A DNA stretch of 64,000 bases from a virus (Duplodnaviria; Caudoviricetes). Below the pieces are notes generated by a model, which had not been told where the DNA came from, searched no databases, and was given only the letters and a program-made list of their open reading frames with translations. Made by a program: the position numbers and the translations under genes. Shown piece by piece: positions 63,750 through 64,000 of this stretch. Numbering within the stretch: the first letter of the stretch is position 1; each line of letters starts with the position of its first letter. The DNA is taken from positions 1 through 64,000 of the IMG/VR virus record IMGVR_UViG_3300014204_000153; one strand, given 5' to 3'.

Positions 63750-63971
63750 TTATGTTTTTTGTTCTTCAGCAGTTAATGTAATCGGTACACTGCACTGCTT
63801 CTGGAACTCAGAATATGGCAAAAAAGCATTAGCGTGTTTACATTTCTGGCCAAGTTTTTTTCTAAATCCGAAATCTGGACATTCGCAAAATAAATCTCCA
63901 GAAGACGTAATAGAAAGTGGATAAAATACTCCTGGTTTCGATGAAGACTCAACATAAGCTACTTTTCTCAT
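63750..63971 (-). CDS. SWIM-type zinc finger protein
   Basis: SSS.PG..Y......CECPDF......CKH. Confidence 0.75.
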   Translation of the reverse strand: MRKVAYVESSSKPGVFYPLSITSSGDLFCECPDFGFRKKLGQKCKHANAFLPYSEFQKQCSVPITLTAEEQKT

Positions 63972-64000
63972 CGGTTGAACCTATAAGAATTAGCAGCTTT

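Noticed and set aside
250-63955. Numerous opposite-strand or off-frame ORFs in the supplied track (for example 250-549, 10292-10489, 24813-25322, 50698-51135, 58533-58868)
   Set aside because: They shadow well-supported genes, lack RBSs and show no motifs
1-64000. Stop-codon reassignment
   Set aside because: Core genes (gp6, gp20, gp23, gp46, rtcB) are full-length in code 11 and TAA, TAG and TGA all terminate genes

Overview
This window comes from a large, AT-rich T4-like (contractile-tailed) bacteriophage genome that uses the standard code. Late structural blocks carry T4-type late promoters ((T/A)ATAAATA): baseplate gp6/gp7/gp8-like and fibre genes at 4.9-20.9 kb, and gp54/53/26/51/2/tape-measure/48, portal gp20, gp4, hub, gp21/22/23 at 38-59.5 kb. 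These alternate with early islands driven by a 12-copy conserved sigma70 promoter cassette (TTGACA-17-TATATT plus a conserved leader). The early islands hold RtcB with a cyclic-phosphate receiver, tRNA-Ser, tRNA-Tyr, nicotinamidase, a vWA-PP2C-kinase (TerY-P-like) set, a glycosyltransferase, gp46, a HAD hydrolase, RuvC and many small ORFs. The most notable observations are: (1) the gp2-like DNA end-protector gene is split by a 1.2-kb insertion carrying a GIY-YIG homing endonuclease plus a complete divergent replacement gp2; (2) about a dozen small head-region proteins share an N-terminal MKF..(I/L)xE putative capsid-targeting signal, four of them also share a helical module fused to swapped C-terminal domains, and the set includes four ADP-ribosyltransferases; (3) a pseudoknotted or bistable structured RNA candidate follows tRNA-Tyr; (4) a 137-bp two-copy non-coding element has a flipped hairpin loop; (5) RBS-sequestering hairpins enclose late promoters, and a candidate -1 frameshift joins gp26 and gp51. 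All family assignments are from motif recognition by eye; no database searches were run.
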